DNA from: Eledone cirrhosa | Taxonomy: Eukaryota | Reading direction: 5' to 3' | Assembly: GCA_964016885.1 (NCBI GenBank) | Contig: OZ024741.1 | Coordinates: 381,238,001 to 381,302,000 of the forward strand | DNA: 64,000 nt | Part shown: piece after piece, positions 13,737 through 27,775 of the stretch | Numbering within the stretch: the stretch's first letter is position 1 | Layout: every line of letters begins with the position of its first letter | The notes under the pieces: generated by a model | Databases searched by the model: none | What the model was told of the DNA's origin: nothing | The model's input: only the letters and a program-made list of their open reading frames with translations | Program-made: the position numbers and the translations under genes

Positions 13737-16700
13737 GCTTTCTTTATTAAACACAAGGGTGTACATAAAGTAGACATTAAGGACAGTACAGGACAATACA
13801 GGACGGTACAAATGGGCATTTCTGCGTGTTAAAAACAAAAACAGAGTATGTACTGAAAAATAACAAAGAAAAATTCCCCAATAGGGAGGAGAATTCCGAG
13901 GTACATTTGTGGAGAAAGCCCATTAAAAAGGCACAGTGACCCGGACCACCAGGGCAAGTGCCCTCTCCCAGTTTTCCACCTTTAATTTACAGACACATAC
14001 TCAGAGTACGCCCAATCACTCGGGCCATTCTTGCTCTCTCACCCATCTTTCAACAAAATGCTGGGAAGTGAGTACTTCCCTCTCTACCCTGATTTTCCTT
14101 TTCAAATTAAATTTGAAAAAGTTAATCAGGGCATCATCGAAGAGGTAAGTGCTCGTCTTCAGCCCTTTCAAACGTGTCCACCATACTATCTGTTTCGTAA
14201 TGGCCACCAGACTGATAAAAACTGCCTGCCCTTCCCGGCTAAAGGAAGAGGGCGGGGCAATTCTCACGATGGACTCAGCTGATAGCTGGATCCGTCCTAC
14301 ACGCGACAGCAGGTGTTCGACATAAACCCACAAGCCAACAGTGCTGGAACACTGGACGAGTGCGTGCATCTCGGACATGCCCGGCTGACGGCACCTCCAT
14401 GCCTGTAGAGTTTGTCCCTAACTGGCAAAGCTCTTCGGTAGCACTGCCAGGCCAGGGATTTCTGGAAGTTGTCCATAGGCCCTGGCCAGAAAGTTCTTCC
14501 GAAGAGATTGGCTAGTTGATTTTCGTCGACGCCTGGAGTTTCCCCAAGTTTGTCGTCGCTCTTCCCCTCCACTAATCTGCTATAGAACGCCGATGCGGAG
14601 TTTCCACCGATCACATTTACCGATTGGTCGAGGGCTGTGAGCGCCTGAAGACATTCCAGTCTCCAAGCGCTCCCTCTCGGTCTTCGTCAAGGAGACGAGC
14701 TTGGGAAAGACGCGTCTAGCAAACGGCGATCACACCTGATCACCGTCGAGGAAAGGCGGAGATGTCGTAGCCTGAGCGCGTGTCTACGCATCATCAGCCA
14801 CGGCATACCCAGCCGTCCACGTAGCGGGAGTTGACAGCAGATGGACCGCCTGACCATCGGAGCGCGTCCCTTCCACAAAAAGGGAAAGAGCAAACGCTCC
14901 AGCGCAGTCAGGCGTGGCTTAGGACAAGTTACGGTGGTCAGGCGGTAGTAGATGACGGACACAATGTACGCGTTAGCCACCTCCGTTCGACCTTTCAGGG
15001 ATAGCTTCCTCTCCGCCCTTCTAGGTGAGAGAAGCCACCCTGCTCGTCACCTCGTCCCAGTTTTTGTCCGTCTAGCAATTTAACCAGACTCCTAGCAATT
15101 TAACCGGCCTGACCGTCCAGCGCCCGACGACGCTGTTGGACGGCATGGACCTGCCTCTCCAGGTGCCAAGCTGCATGCCCACTGACTTTTCTTGGTTGAT
15201 CATTGCTCTTGTCACCGCTTCCTATTCTCTTAGTGTAGTGCCGATCGCCTCGATGTGTTTGGCATTCGACACCACTACGGTGACATCGTTCTCATATGCT
15301 GACACGGAACTTCCGCATGCTAGTTCGCGCGAGACCCCCCTCAACGTTTCCAGATTGTGCAGTAATGGCTCTAGAGTCAATACGTACAAGAGGGACGAGA
15401 GGGGAGCTCCTTGGCGGACCGAGCGCATTATGTTGTACGGTTCCGAAAGGTGACCGTTCACTCTCACCACAGAGCAGATGTCGCTGTGCATGGCAGTGAT
15501 CCAGCCTCTGAAGACGGGCCCAAAGCCAGCCGCCTTCAGGACTGCCGCTAGGTAACGATGGTCGACCCGATCAAAAGCTTTCGACTGATCTAAATTGATC
15601 AAGGACCCACCCGTGCCAGGTTCCCTAGCTACACTGTCCACGATGTATAGCATGAGGTGGAGGTTGTCTTTGATGGATCTGTCAGGAATGGCGCATGTCA
15701 GCGCCTCTCCCGCCAGACCACCAACGACAAGCGCCCACCTCTTTGCTAGCACCTTGGCCAAAATCTTGAACTCTGTGTTTAGCAAAGTTATGGGCCTGTA
15801 ATTATCTATGTTGTCCCCCTTGTTCGGATCCTTTCTCAGCAGCGCCACCGCTCCTCGTCACACAGAGCTGGGAATTCTCCCGTTCTGTTGCCAGTTGCAG
15901 TAGACGTCCGCCAAGAGGCCACCGATTAAGTCTGGCATCTGTACGTAAAGTTCATAGGTCAGACCATCCAAACCAGGCGATTTACCCCTTGTGCAGCTAT
16001 TCATTGCTGTTGTTATCCGCTTTTCGCAACACCCCGCCTCAGTGGCCGAGAGCTGCGGCAGTTCGTCGAGGTAGACACTAAAGTCCATCCCTCGATCCAG
16101 CCTGCCGCTGCCCCCGAACAGCTGAGCGAAGTGTCGCTGAAAAGCTTCACACATTTGCTCGGGATCGAGTAGCATGCGCCCGTCGTCGTCCACCAAAGAC
16201 CGGATCGTGGCTTTGTTGCCACGACGCGCCTCCGCCACTCGGGCCCATTGAACGGCTTTCGTCCCCTCGTGTCTGAGAGCACGCACCCTACCTCTGACAA
16301 CGCAGCCTTCGTGGTTTGCATTGAAGAATTGGTCAAGGGCCAATTTCGCTGCAATTTCGTCGGTCGCGATTCCTTTGCTAAGCGCCTCGTCTAATTTTCT
16401 AACTAGTTCTCCCTCTGCTCTATTTTTCTCTATTGGTTAAGCCTTACTAAACCGAATGAACTCTATTCTAATCGCTCTTTTCAGAGCAATCCACCCCTTG
16501 TTGTTGACGATTTTGGATTTGAGACTCGGATGCCCGTTCCACTCGGCGCGATTTTATGTTAAGCGTCCGATAAGACACGGTGCATAGGCGCCGATGCTTC
16601 ATTTTATTTGGTGTGGGTGTGGGGGGTGGGGGGACCTGTACCCATCTTTCTTTACCATTCTCTTGGCTTTATCTAATTCCTCCTGAGTTACCTTCATTGT

Positions 16701-17327
16701 TTCGCATTTTTTGGCTGCTTTGGCAAACGACATGGTGTTGTTATCCTCATTGTTGTTGTTTCTGTTGTTGTTATTGTTATTTTTAGTTTCAGTTGTGGTG
16801 GTGGGGGCGTCAGTGTTGTTCGGTGTGGAAGAGTTCATTTTGGGTGAATCCATTTCGATGTCACGAGATAATTTATTTATTTCTTTTGTTTCTGTTGTCG
16901 CTGTGGTGATGGTGGGGGTGGCGGCTTCAATACCTGCAGCCATTAGCAATGGCGGGAAATGAGACACATTTAAATTATTGCTACTGCTTATATTTTTATT
17001 GTTGGAAAACGTAGTAATATTTTCAATAGTGGTGTTGGTGTGAGGTGTTAGTTTGTGAGGAAGGCTCTCAGCTCCTTGGTGTAGCTGTGAGTCGTCCATG
17101 ATTTTTTCAAAGAAATTTTTTGATAATTATAAAAGTTTAAATTTTGGGCCCAATCTTTTTGAGTGTCCTTTTCCGAAAGCCAATTTTGTGACTTTATAAA
17201 AAGTTAACAACAAAAATTTTCCAAAAATTTAACAACAAAAATGTTTCCATAAATGGCAATTTAAAAAAAACGAAAACAACAAAACTTTGCGGATCTCACG
17301 ATGATACGATTTCCTACGTAGATCGCC
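13737..17327 (-). mobile_element. Tx1/L1-type non-LTR retrotransposon, internally deleted copy
   Basis: highly similar to 18001-23876; RT ORF pieces at 15222-16343; junction at about 16510 removes the endonuclease and most of ORF1; flanked by (AAT)n. Confidence 0.88.
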
Positions 17328-17372
17328 AATAATAATAATAATATTAATAATAATAATATTAATAATAATAAT

Positions 17373-17628
17373 GTTTTCTTTATTAACCACAAGGGTTCAC
17401 ATAAAGTAGACATTAAGGACAGTACAGGACAATACAGGACGGTACAAATGGGCATTTCTGCGTGTAAAAAAACAGAGGTTGAAATAAAATAACAAAGAAA
17501 AATTCCCCAATAGGGGGGAGACTTCCAAGGGACATTTGTGGTGAAAGCCCATTAAAAGACCACAGTGGCCCTGACCACCAGGGCAAGTGCCCTCTCCCAG
17601 TTTTCCACCTTTAATTTACAGACACATA
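17373..17628 (-). mobile_element. Tx1/L1-type 3' end fragment
   Basis: near-identical to 18001-18257. Confidence 0.85.
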
Positions 17629-17634
17629 ATAATA

Positions 17635-17937
17635 ATTGTGGATATGGCCTGCCCATTCGACACGAGAGTGCAAGAGAAGGAGAGGGAGAAAATTAACCGA
17701 TACCAGGACTTAAAGTGGGAGGTAAAAAGGATTTGGAACTGCTATGAAGTCAAAGTAATCCCGATTGTCATAGGCGCACTAGGGACTATCTCAAAAACTT
17801 TCCAGGGATGGTTAAAGAAAATTGGCCCCTTCACGCTTTTTGGAACGCTTCAAAAGGCATACCTGAGGCTGCAGGTAGTGGCTTGATATTCATTTCAACA
17901 AACTTTCCAGTTAACTAACATCAATGACTGAGACTCA

Positions 17938-17938
<1 letters not shown>
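17635..17938 (+). mobile_element. R4/Dong-type LINE 3' fragment (RLE C-terminus and 3'UTR)
   Basis: IVDMACPFDTRVQEKEREKINRYQDLKWE; near-identical to 42300-42642; (AAT)n tail. Confidence 0.85.
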
Positions 17939-18001
<63 letters not shown>

Positions 18002-18244
18002 TTTTCTTTATTAACCACAAGGGTTCACATAAAGTAGACATTAAGGACAGTACAGGACGATACAGGACGGTACAAATGGGCATTTCTGCGTGTAAAAAAA
18101 ACAGAGGATGAATTAAAATAACAAAGAAAAATTCCCCAATAGGGGGGAGACTTCCGAGGGACATCTGTGGAGAAAGCCCATTAAAAGACCACAGTGGCCC
18201 TGACCACCAGGGCAAGTGCCCTCTCCCAGTTTTCCACCTTTAAT

Positions 18245-21200
18245 TTACAGACACATACTCAGAGAAGGCCCATTCATTCGGGCCATACTTGCTTCTCTCA
18301 CCCATCTTTCAACAAAATGCTGGGAAGAGAGCACTTCCCTCTCTACCCTGATTTTCCTTTTCAGATGAAATTTGAAAAAGTTAATTAGGGCATCACCGAA
18401 GAGGTAAGTGCTCGTCTTCAGCCCTTTCAAACGTGTCCACCATACTATCTCTTTCGCCATGGCCACCAGACAGATAAACACTGCCTGCCCTTCCCGGCTA
18501 AAGGAAGGGGGCGGGGCAATCCTCACGATGGACTCAGCTGATAGCTGGATCCGTCCTACACGTGACAGCAGGTGTTCGACATAAACCCACAAGTCAGCAA
18601 TGCTCGGACACTGGACGAGTGCGTGCAGGACGGTTTCGTCGCCCTGCGCGCATCTCGGACATGCCCGGCTGACGGCACCTCCATGCCTGTAGAGTTTATC
18701 CCGAACTGGCAAAGCTCCTCGGTAGCACTGCCAGGCCAGGGATTTCTGGAAGTTGTCCATAGGCCCCGGCCCGAAAGTCCTTCCGAAGAGATTGGCTAGT
18801 TGATTTTCGTCGACGCCTAGAGTTTCTCCAAGTACGTCGTCGCTCTTCCCCTCCACTAATCCCCTATAGAAAGCCAAGGTGGAGTTTCCACCGATCACAT
18901 TGCCCGATTGGTCAAGGGCTGTGAGCGCCTGAAGACATTCCAGTCTCCAAGCGCTCCCTCTCGGTCTTCGCTTCACCCAGGACTGCAGTTCCGTCAAGGA
19001 GACGAGTTGGGGAAAAACGTGTCTTGCAAACGGCGACCACACCTGATCACCGTCGAGGAAGAGGTGGAGATGTCGTAGCCTGAGCGCGTGTCTGCGCATC
19101 ATCAGCCACGGCATGCCCAGCCCTCCACGTAGCGGGTGTTGACAGCAGATGGACCGCCTGTCCATCGGAGCGTGTCCCTTCCACAAAAAGCGAAAGAGCA
19201 AACGCTCCAGCGCAGTCAGGCGGGGCTTAGGACAAGGTACGACGGTCAGGCGGTAGTAGATGACGGATGCGATGTACGCATTCGCCACCTCCGCTCGACC
19301 TTTCAGGGATAGCTTCCTCTCGGCCCATTTCTGGGTGAGAGAAGCCACCCTGCTCGTCACCTCGTCCCAGTTTTTGTCCGTCTGGAGGTCTGGACCGAAC
19401 CAGACCCCTAGCAATTTAACCGGTCCGTCCGTCCAGCGCCCGACGACGCTGTTGGACGGCATGAACCTGCCTCTCCAGGTGCCGAGCTGCAGGCCCACTG
19501 ACTTTTCCTGGTTGATCATTGCTCCTGTCACCGCTTCGTATTCTCTTAGTGTAGTGCCGATCGCCTCGATGTGTTTGGCGTTCGACACCACTACTGTGAC
19601 ATCGTCGGCATATGCTGACACGGATCTTCCGCATTCTAGTTCGCGCGGGACCCCCCTCAACGTCTCCAGTTTGTGCAGTAATGGCTCGAGAGTCAATACG
19701 TACAATAGGGACGAGAGGGGACATCCTTGGCGGACCGAGCGCATGATGTTGAACGGTTCCGAAAGGTGACCGTTCACTCTCACTACAGAGCAGATGTCGC
19801 TGTGCATGGCAGCGATCCAGCCACCGAAGACGGGCCCAAAGCCAGCCGCCCTCAGGACTGCCGCTAGGTAACGATGGTCGACCCTATCGAAGGCTTTCGA
19901 CTGATCTAAATTGATCAAAGACCCACCCGTGCCAGGTTCCTTAGCTACCCTCTCTACGATGTATCGCATGAGGTGGAGGTTGTCGTGGATGGATCTGTCG
20001 GGAATGGCGCATGTCTGTGCCTCTCCCACCAGACCACCAACGACAAGCGCCAACCTCTTTGCTAGCACCTTGGCCAAAATCTTGAACTCTGTGTTTAGCA
20101 GAGTTATGGGCCTAAAATTATCTATGTTATCTCCCTTGTTCGGATCCTTTCTCAGCAGCGCCACCGCTCCTCGGCTCACAGAGCTGGGAATTCTCCCGTT
20201 CTGTTGCCAGTTGCAGTAGACGTCCGCCAAGAGGCCTCCGAACAAGTTTGGCATTTGTACGTAAAGTTCATAGGGCAGACCATCCAAACCAGGCGATTTA
20301 CCCATTGTGCAACTAGTCATTGCATCCCGTGCTTCAGCGGTTGTTATCGGCTTTTCGCAACACTCCGCCTCAGTGGCCGAAAGCCGCGGCAGTCCGTCGA
20401 GGTTGACACTAAAGTCCATCCCTCGATCCGGCCCGCCACTGCCCCCGAACAGTTGAGCGAAGTGTCGCTGAAAAGCTTCACACATTTTCCCGGGATCGAG
20501 TAGCATGCGCCCGTCGTGGTCCACCAAAGACCGGATCGTGGCTTTGTTGCCACGACGCGCCTCCGCCACTCGGGCCCATTGAACGGCTTTCGTCCCCTCG
20601 TGTCTGAGAGCACACACCCTAGCTCTGACAACGCAGCCTTCGTGCTTTGCATTGAAGAATTGGTCAAGGGCCAATTTCGCCGCAAGTACGTCGGTCGCGA
20701 TGCCTTTGCTAAGCGCCTCATCTAATTTTCTAACTAATTCTCCCTCTGCTCTATTTTTCTCTATTGCTAAAGTCTTACTAAACCTAATGGACTCTATTCT
20801 AATTGCTCTTTTCAGAGCAAACCACCACTTGTTGTTGACGATGGCCGCCGTCAACGCCCGCTTAACTAGTTCGCTAATCCGGTCTCTGTAGGCCTTGCGC
20901 GCTGGTAAGGACGCGTTTAGCTTCCATTAGCCGGGTCCTTGTCTATGAAGCCTATCTAAGTCAAGAACACAGATCACGAATTTGTGGTCCGTGTAGCTGA
21001 CTATCTTGAATTGTGGACAGCCTATGCTAGACCTATCTATTTCCCTTCAAAATACTCTATCTAGATATGATCTGGATGACCCTATGCGATTTGTCCAAGT
21101 CCACATTGGTACATTCGGGAAATCCATTCGGTACCTGTCAGACAGTTCAAAACGTCTGAGCAGGTTGGTGAGACTCTTGCACCCTCCTTCCCTATCCACT

Positions 21201-21664
21201 AATCCCACACAATCCCAGCGTGCATCTAAGATCCCGTTCCAGTCGCCCACTAACACTAAAGAGCGGGACGTTCCAAGAAAGGTCTCCAGACGCCGGAAGA
21301 AATCAGGCCGCCCTGCTCCTGTCGGGGCATAGACGGCCACTAACCTGAAAGCTTGCCCGTCTCCGCTGGTCACGTCCAGCACCACCAACTTACCTTCTGG
21401 GTCCAGGAAGATGGCTCGTATGGCAAGATCCAAACCTCTCCGAAAAAGTACAGCAACTCCTCCCCCCGATCCCGGACGGCTGGGAGATGCGTACACATCG
21501 TAGCCGCCGAAGATCGGTGCGAAAGCCTGTGCTTCGGAGATTCTGGTCTCGCTGATGGCCACTACATCTATGTTTAGTGACCTGAGGTCGTTCAGCAGGT
21601 GGCCCTGCTTCCATGACGACCCCAAGCCACGCGCATTTATGCTGCCTATTCTGAGTGAGGTCAT
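18245..21664 (-). pseudogene. ORF2: APE endonuclease, reverse transcriptase and zinc knuckle; frameshift at about 21050 and stop at about 20928
   Basis: GSINARGL, ISET, VYAP, GDWN, YLDR; 869-aa open RT part with KSPGLDG, LDQSKAFDRV, VRQGCPLS, YADD, CPRC..DETVLHALVQC. Confidence 0.9.
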
Positions 21665-21698
21665 GTTGAAAAGGAGTGGAAAAGATGGGAAAGACCAC

Positions 21699-23666
21699 TT
21701 ACCTTACTTCTCGTAGGGGAAGGACGGTTTTTCCATCCTTTTCACTGCTTGTGGCCTCCTCAGGAAGGATGTCCTTATAAATCCTCCTGGAGAGTGCTTG
21801 TCGGAAGTCTTCGATGTCTTTGGGGAATTTTTGTTTTAGTGTCATGTACGTTTTCTGTGTGATGCGAGTGATTTGTATGTGTGGAGGTGGTGTGAATTTT
21901 GGGGTTGTTGTGTAGTCTTTTTCTGTGATGCTGGTGTTGTGTTGGATGTAGTGCAATAATTGCTTGTTGTTCAAATTTAATGCTGTGTAGTGTGTATCGT
22001 TTTGGTTGTTTTTTTTTGTTTGCGTTTGTTGTGGGTTTGTTTCTGTTTCGCATTTTGGTGACTTTTGTGGTGTAGGTGATGGTGGTGCTGGGGATAATGA
22101 TGGTGATGGTGTTGGTGTTTGGGTTGATGGGGTTGGTGATGCTGGTGTGGATGGTGGCATATCTGTCCTAACTTTTTTGTTTCTTAGTTTATTTGTTTCC
22201 CTCTGTATTTTGTTTTTGGAGGGGGAAGGAAGAGAATTTTTTCTTTTTTGGTTTCTTTTTTTTTTTCGGATATCGTTTCCCACTCCTCGTCGTCAAAATC
22301 TGTCTCCAGTTGTGATAGGCCGGGGAGTGGAAAATCCTCCACAGCCGTTAGTTTTGGTTGTGGTGTGGTGGATGGTGTAGGCGCTGGTGCTAGTTCTGAA
22401 GCGTTGGGTGGTGGTGGTGTTGGTTTTGCTGGTGGTGGTTGTGGTGTTGGTTTTGCTACTGTTGCTGGGGCTGTTGCTGTTATAGTTGCTTCTGTTGTTG
22501 CTGCTACAGTTGTTGCTGCCATCTCTGCTACTGGTGGTGTTGATGGTTGTGTCACTGGGGTGGGTAGGAGAGGTGGCCTCAACCTTTTAGCCTGAGGGAA
22601 GAAAGCCCTTAGGTGGGTTCCTTCACCACAAACGACACACCTAGGTCCTCTGCCCTCGACAATTACCGTGAGGTGGCTGCCGTCAGTGAGGTCTATTACC
22701 TCTGGGATCTCCTCAATGCTTTTTTGGTCCGCTTGGATCAGGAGCTCCATCCCAGATCCGGACCAGTTTTCCTGCTTTTCTTTTGCTACTGCTATTATTT
22801 TCGTGCTGGCTTCGATGCCAGCGAGGACAGCCGCTATTAGCCAGGGAATTTCGATGGCCGGTGGAACGTGGGTCACCCTGATCTTTACCAGTCTCTGGCC
22901 ACAATAGCTTGGGACGAGTGTGAGGTCGTCACTTTTTAATGGGGCCATGGAGTGTTCTCTAGCCTCCTCTGGTGTTTCAAAGAACACATCCACGGTTCCA
23001 TACTTTTGCCCACGTCTGATGTGGGTTTTTGGATTTGGGACTCGGATGCCCGTTCCACTCGGCGCGATTTTACATTTATTGTTCTATACGACACGGTGCA
23101 CAGGCGCCGATGCTCCATTTTATTAGGTGGGGGTGGGGGTGGGGTGGGGGGGTGAGGCTGACCCTGTACCCATCTTTCTTTACCATTTGTTTGGCATTTT
23201 CTAAATCTTCTTGAGTTACCGTGAACGCTTCGAATTGTTTTGCTACGATGGCGAAACTGAGGGTCGGTTTTATAATGTCATTGTTGTTGTTGTTGCTATC
23301 GTTAATATTAATTTTATTTTCAGTTGTGGTGGTGGTGACGTCAGTCGTCTTTGGTGGGGAAGAGTCCATTTTGCTTGATTTCATTTCGACATCACGAGTT
23401 AATTTATTTTTTTCTTCTTTTGTTTCTGTTGTCGCGGTGGTGGTGGTGGTTGTCGCGGTGGTGGTGGTGGTGGAGGCTTTAACACCTGCAGTCATTGGTA
23501 ATGGCGGGAAATGAATGTCTGCCTGAGACAAATTTAAAATATTGCTACTGCTTATATTTTTTTTTGTGTTGGCAAACGTAGTAACATTTACAATGGTGGT
23601 GTCGGTGTGAGGTGTTATTTTGTGAGGAAGGCTTTCAGCTGCTTCGTGCAGAGGTGAAGTAGCCAT
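21699..23666 (-). pseudogene. ORF1 (gag-like), broken into pieces by frameshifts
   Basis: ORFs 23076-23666, 22184-22993 (VEGRGPRCVVCGEGTHLRAF, degenerate CCHC knuckle) and 21699-22283 lie directly upstream of ORF2. Confidence 0.7.
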
Positions 23667-23876
23667 TTTTTTTTCAAAGAAATTTTTTGATAATAATAAA
23701 AGTTAAAATTTTGGGCACAAGGCCCCAATCTTTTTAGGTGTCCTTTTCAGAAAACAATGTATGTGTGCTTATAAACAGTTAACAATAAAAGTTTCCATAA
23801 ATGGCAATTTTTAAACAAACGGAAATAACAAACATTTGCGGAGCTCACGATGATACGATTTACTACGTAGGTCGCC

Positions 23877-23924
<48 letters not shown>

Positions 23925-24100
23925 TTGACAACAACCAGAAGATGTTGTTTGGACAGCTTGAAGGGACAGAAAGAGGCAACGACTTGATCCCTGCGCGGAA
24001 CAATCTAAGACATTCTGGAGTGGAATATGGGAGCAGGATGTTAACATAATGACCAGGCAGTGTGGATTGAGATAAATAACATCAATGACTGAGACTCATA
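23925..24100 (+). mobile_element. R4/Dong-type fragment: upstream coding piece joined to the 3' terminus
   Basis: AEQSKTFWSGIWEQDVNHNDQAVWI followed by taacatcaatgactgagactca, the same 3' end as at 17916-17937 and 42621-42642. Confidence 0.6.
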
Positions 24101-24121
24101 GAACAATAATAATAATAATAA

Positions 24122-26080
24122 TTCGATACTTTGCGACACAGTTGGATTGAAAAATGTTTAGAGATTTTCAAAATATCTCCCGTTGTCAGGAATTTCTTGC
24201 CATTCAGTATGAAGACATGGAAAACGACACTCCTTTTGAATAGTGAAAATAAATCATTGGAAGCTGGAGAAGTTAATATTAATTGTGGAATTTTTCAGGG
24301 TGACTCTTTATCACCGGTTTTATTCTGCATCGCACTTATACCATTAAGTAAAATGCTCAATGTAACATGGATATACAGTCTATGACAAAACAATTAAACA
24401 CTTGTCCTACATGGATGACCTGAAACTATTTGCAAAAATTGATGAACCATTGCAAGGGCTATTATCCACTGAGAAGCTGTTCAGTGATGACATTAAAATG
24501 GAGTTTGGACTAGATAAATGCGCCAAAGCAACGTTCACCAGAGTAAAGCTGCTGAAAAGTTCAGACATTAATCTTGATCGGGGGAATCTGAGAAGAGACC
24601 ATGACCAAGAGGAAACTTACAAATATCTAGGTGTTTGTGAAGGAGACGGAATCAAACACTCGACAATGAGGGAAAGGATAAGGAAGGAATGTTACAGCAG
24701 AATAAGAGCAATCTTAAGAACGGAATTGAATGCAAGTAATAGGATCGATGCCATAAACACGCATGTCATACCAGTAGCAACCTACAATTACAATGTCATC
24801 AACTGGTCAAGCACAGAGATCCGTAGGCTGGATACAAAAATTAGAAAATTCTTAACCATGCACGGAATGCATCACACTAAAGCTGATACAGATAGAATAT
24901 ATCTCCCTAGGAAAGATGGAGGATGTGGGTTAATCCAGTTAGATATTGCGTTGAAAACTGCAACAATTGGATTATCTACATATCTAAGGGAATCACATGA
25001 TTGGATGATCAAACTCGTTTTGAATCACGAAAGCATCAAAAGATGCACAAAGATACAGTTATGGCCTACACATTTCAGAAGTTCCATCTACAGCTGAAAA
25101 TAAAAACACAGAAAAAGCAGAGCAGGTTAAAGTTACTGCAAAGAAAGAACTGCTACAGAAACTGGCTAAGAAATAGCAAGAAAAACCTCTGTATGGAAAA
25201 TACCCGGAAATAGCTGATAATCCTGATGTTGACAAAACGTTAACCCATCAGTGGTTGGCATCCTTTGGACTGAAATCGGAGACTGAAGGACTGATTATAT
25301 CAGCACAAGATGAGGGTCTACCAACAAAAAATTACCAAGCTAACATAATAAAAAATGGATGCAACACATTATGCCGTGTATGTAAAAAACCACCAGAGAC
25401 CATTGATCATGTAATTTCAACATGCAGTCCTATAGCTCCAACCGAATACCTAAACAGGCATGACAGCTGCACAATACATACATTGGATAATATGTAAGCA
25501 TTTTGACATGCCCCATCAAAAGAATTGGTGGGAGCATCAACCACCGCCCGTACTTGAAAAAGATCACATCTCAATCTTGTGGAACTTTAGCATCCAAACA
25601 GACCGAAAAATAAATGCAAATAGACCTGATATAATACTGAAGGACTTTAAAAAGAGGGTATGCCTGCTAATTGATATGTCCGTTCCAATAATCAAGAATG
25701 TAACTATAAAAACATTTGAAAAATTGAGCAAGTATAAGGAACTGGAGGTAGAAATTGGAAAAATGTGGAAATTGAGAACTAAAACAATACCAGTGGTTGT
25801 AGGCGCTCTAGGAATGATACCTATGGGGTCGAATGATTACTTATCGCAAATCCCAGGAAACCCGCGTATAGGACAAATACAAAAGATAGTACTAATGGGA
25901 ACTGCCCATATACTAAGGAAGATTCTGTCAATATAATTAAATCGCAAGTCTAAACACCTAAAGATGCATGTGTGTGTATGTATGTTCTTTCTTGAACATG
26001 GCCGACCTTGTTGTCTCTGAGGTCACTGGTTGTCTCTTGGTGATAAGTCGTATGAACATAAAGCAAGATAAATGAAACTG
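24122..26080 (+). mobile_element. 5'-truncated R4/Dong-type LINE (RT, CCHC, RLE), frameshifted
   Basis: GIFQGDSLSP, YMDDLKLF, CRVCKKPPETIDHVISTC, RHD, NRPDIILKD...LIDMSVP..EK..KY; (TAA)n tail. Confidence 0.88.
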
Positions 26081-26099
26081 TAATAATAATAATAAGTAT

Positions 26100-27577
<1,478 letters not shown>

Positions 27578-27594
27578 TATATAATATATTTGTT

Positions 27595-27775
27595 CCTACT
27601 TTTGACACAAGGCCAGCAATTATTCCTGTACATTACTGGCACTTTATTTTATCGACCGCGTAAGGATGAAAGTCAAAGTGACCATCGGCGGGATTTGAAC
27701 TAAGATCATAAAGGGGCGTAAATCTATGCTGCAAAGCATGGCGTCCGACCTTCTAACGATATTGCTAATCCCAGA
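27595..27775 (-). mobile_element. cephalopod-type SINE
   Basis: ttatcgacc..aaggatgaaagtcaaagt..ggatttgaac, reverse complement of the 37721 copy. Confidence 0.75.

Larger units (their letters stand above)
18001..23876 (-). mobile_element. full-length Tx1/L1-type non-LTR retrotransposon in (TAA)n
   Basis: ORF1-like region, APE endonuclease, RT and C-terminal CCHC; both ends abut (AAT)n. Confidence 0.92.

Noticed and set aside
18572-22907. Plus-strand ORFs over the Tx1 element
   Set aside because: Antisense shadows of GC-rich ORF1/ORF2.
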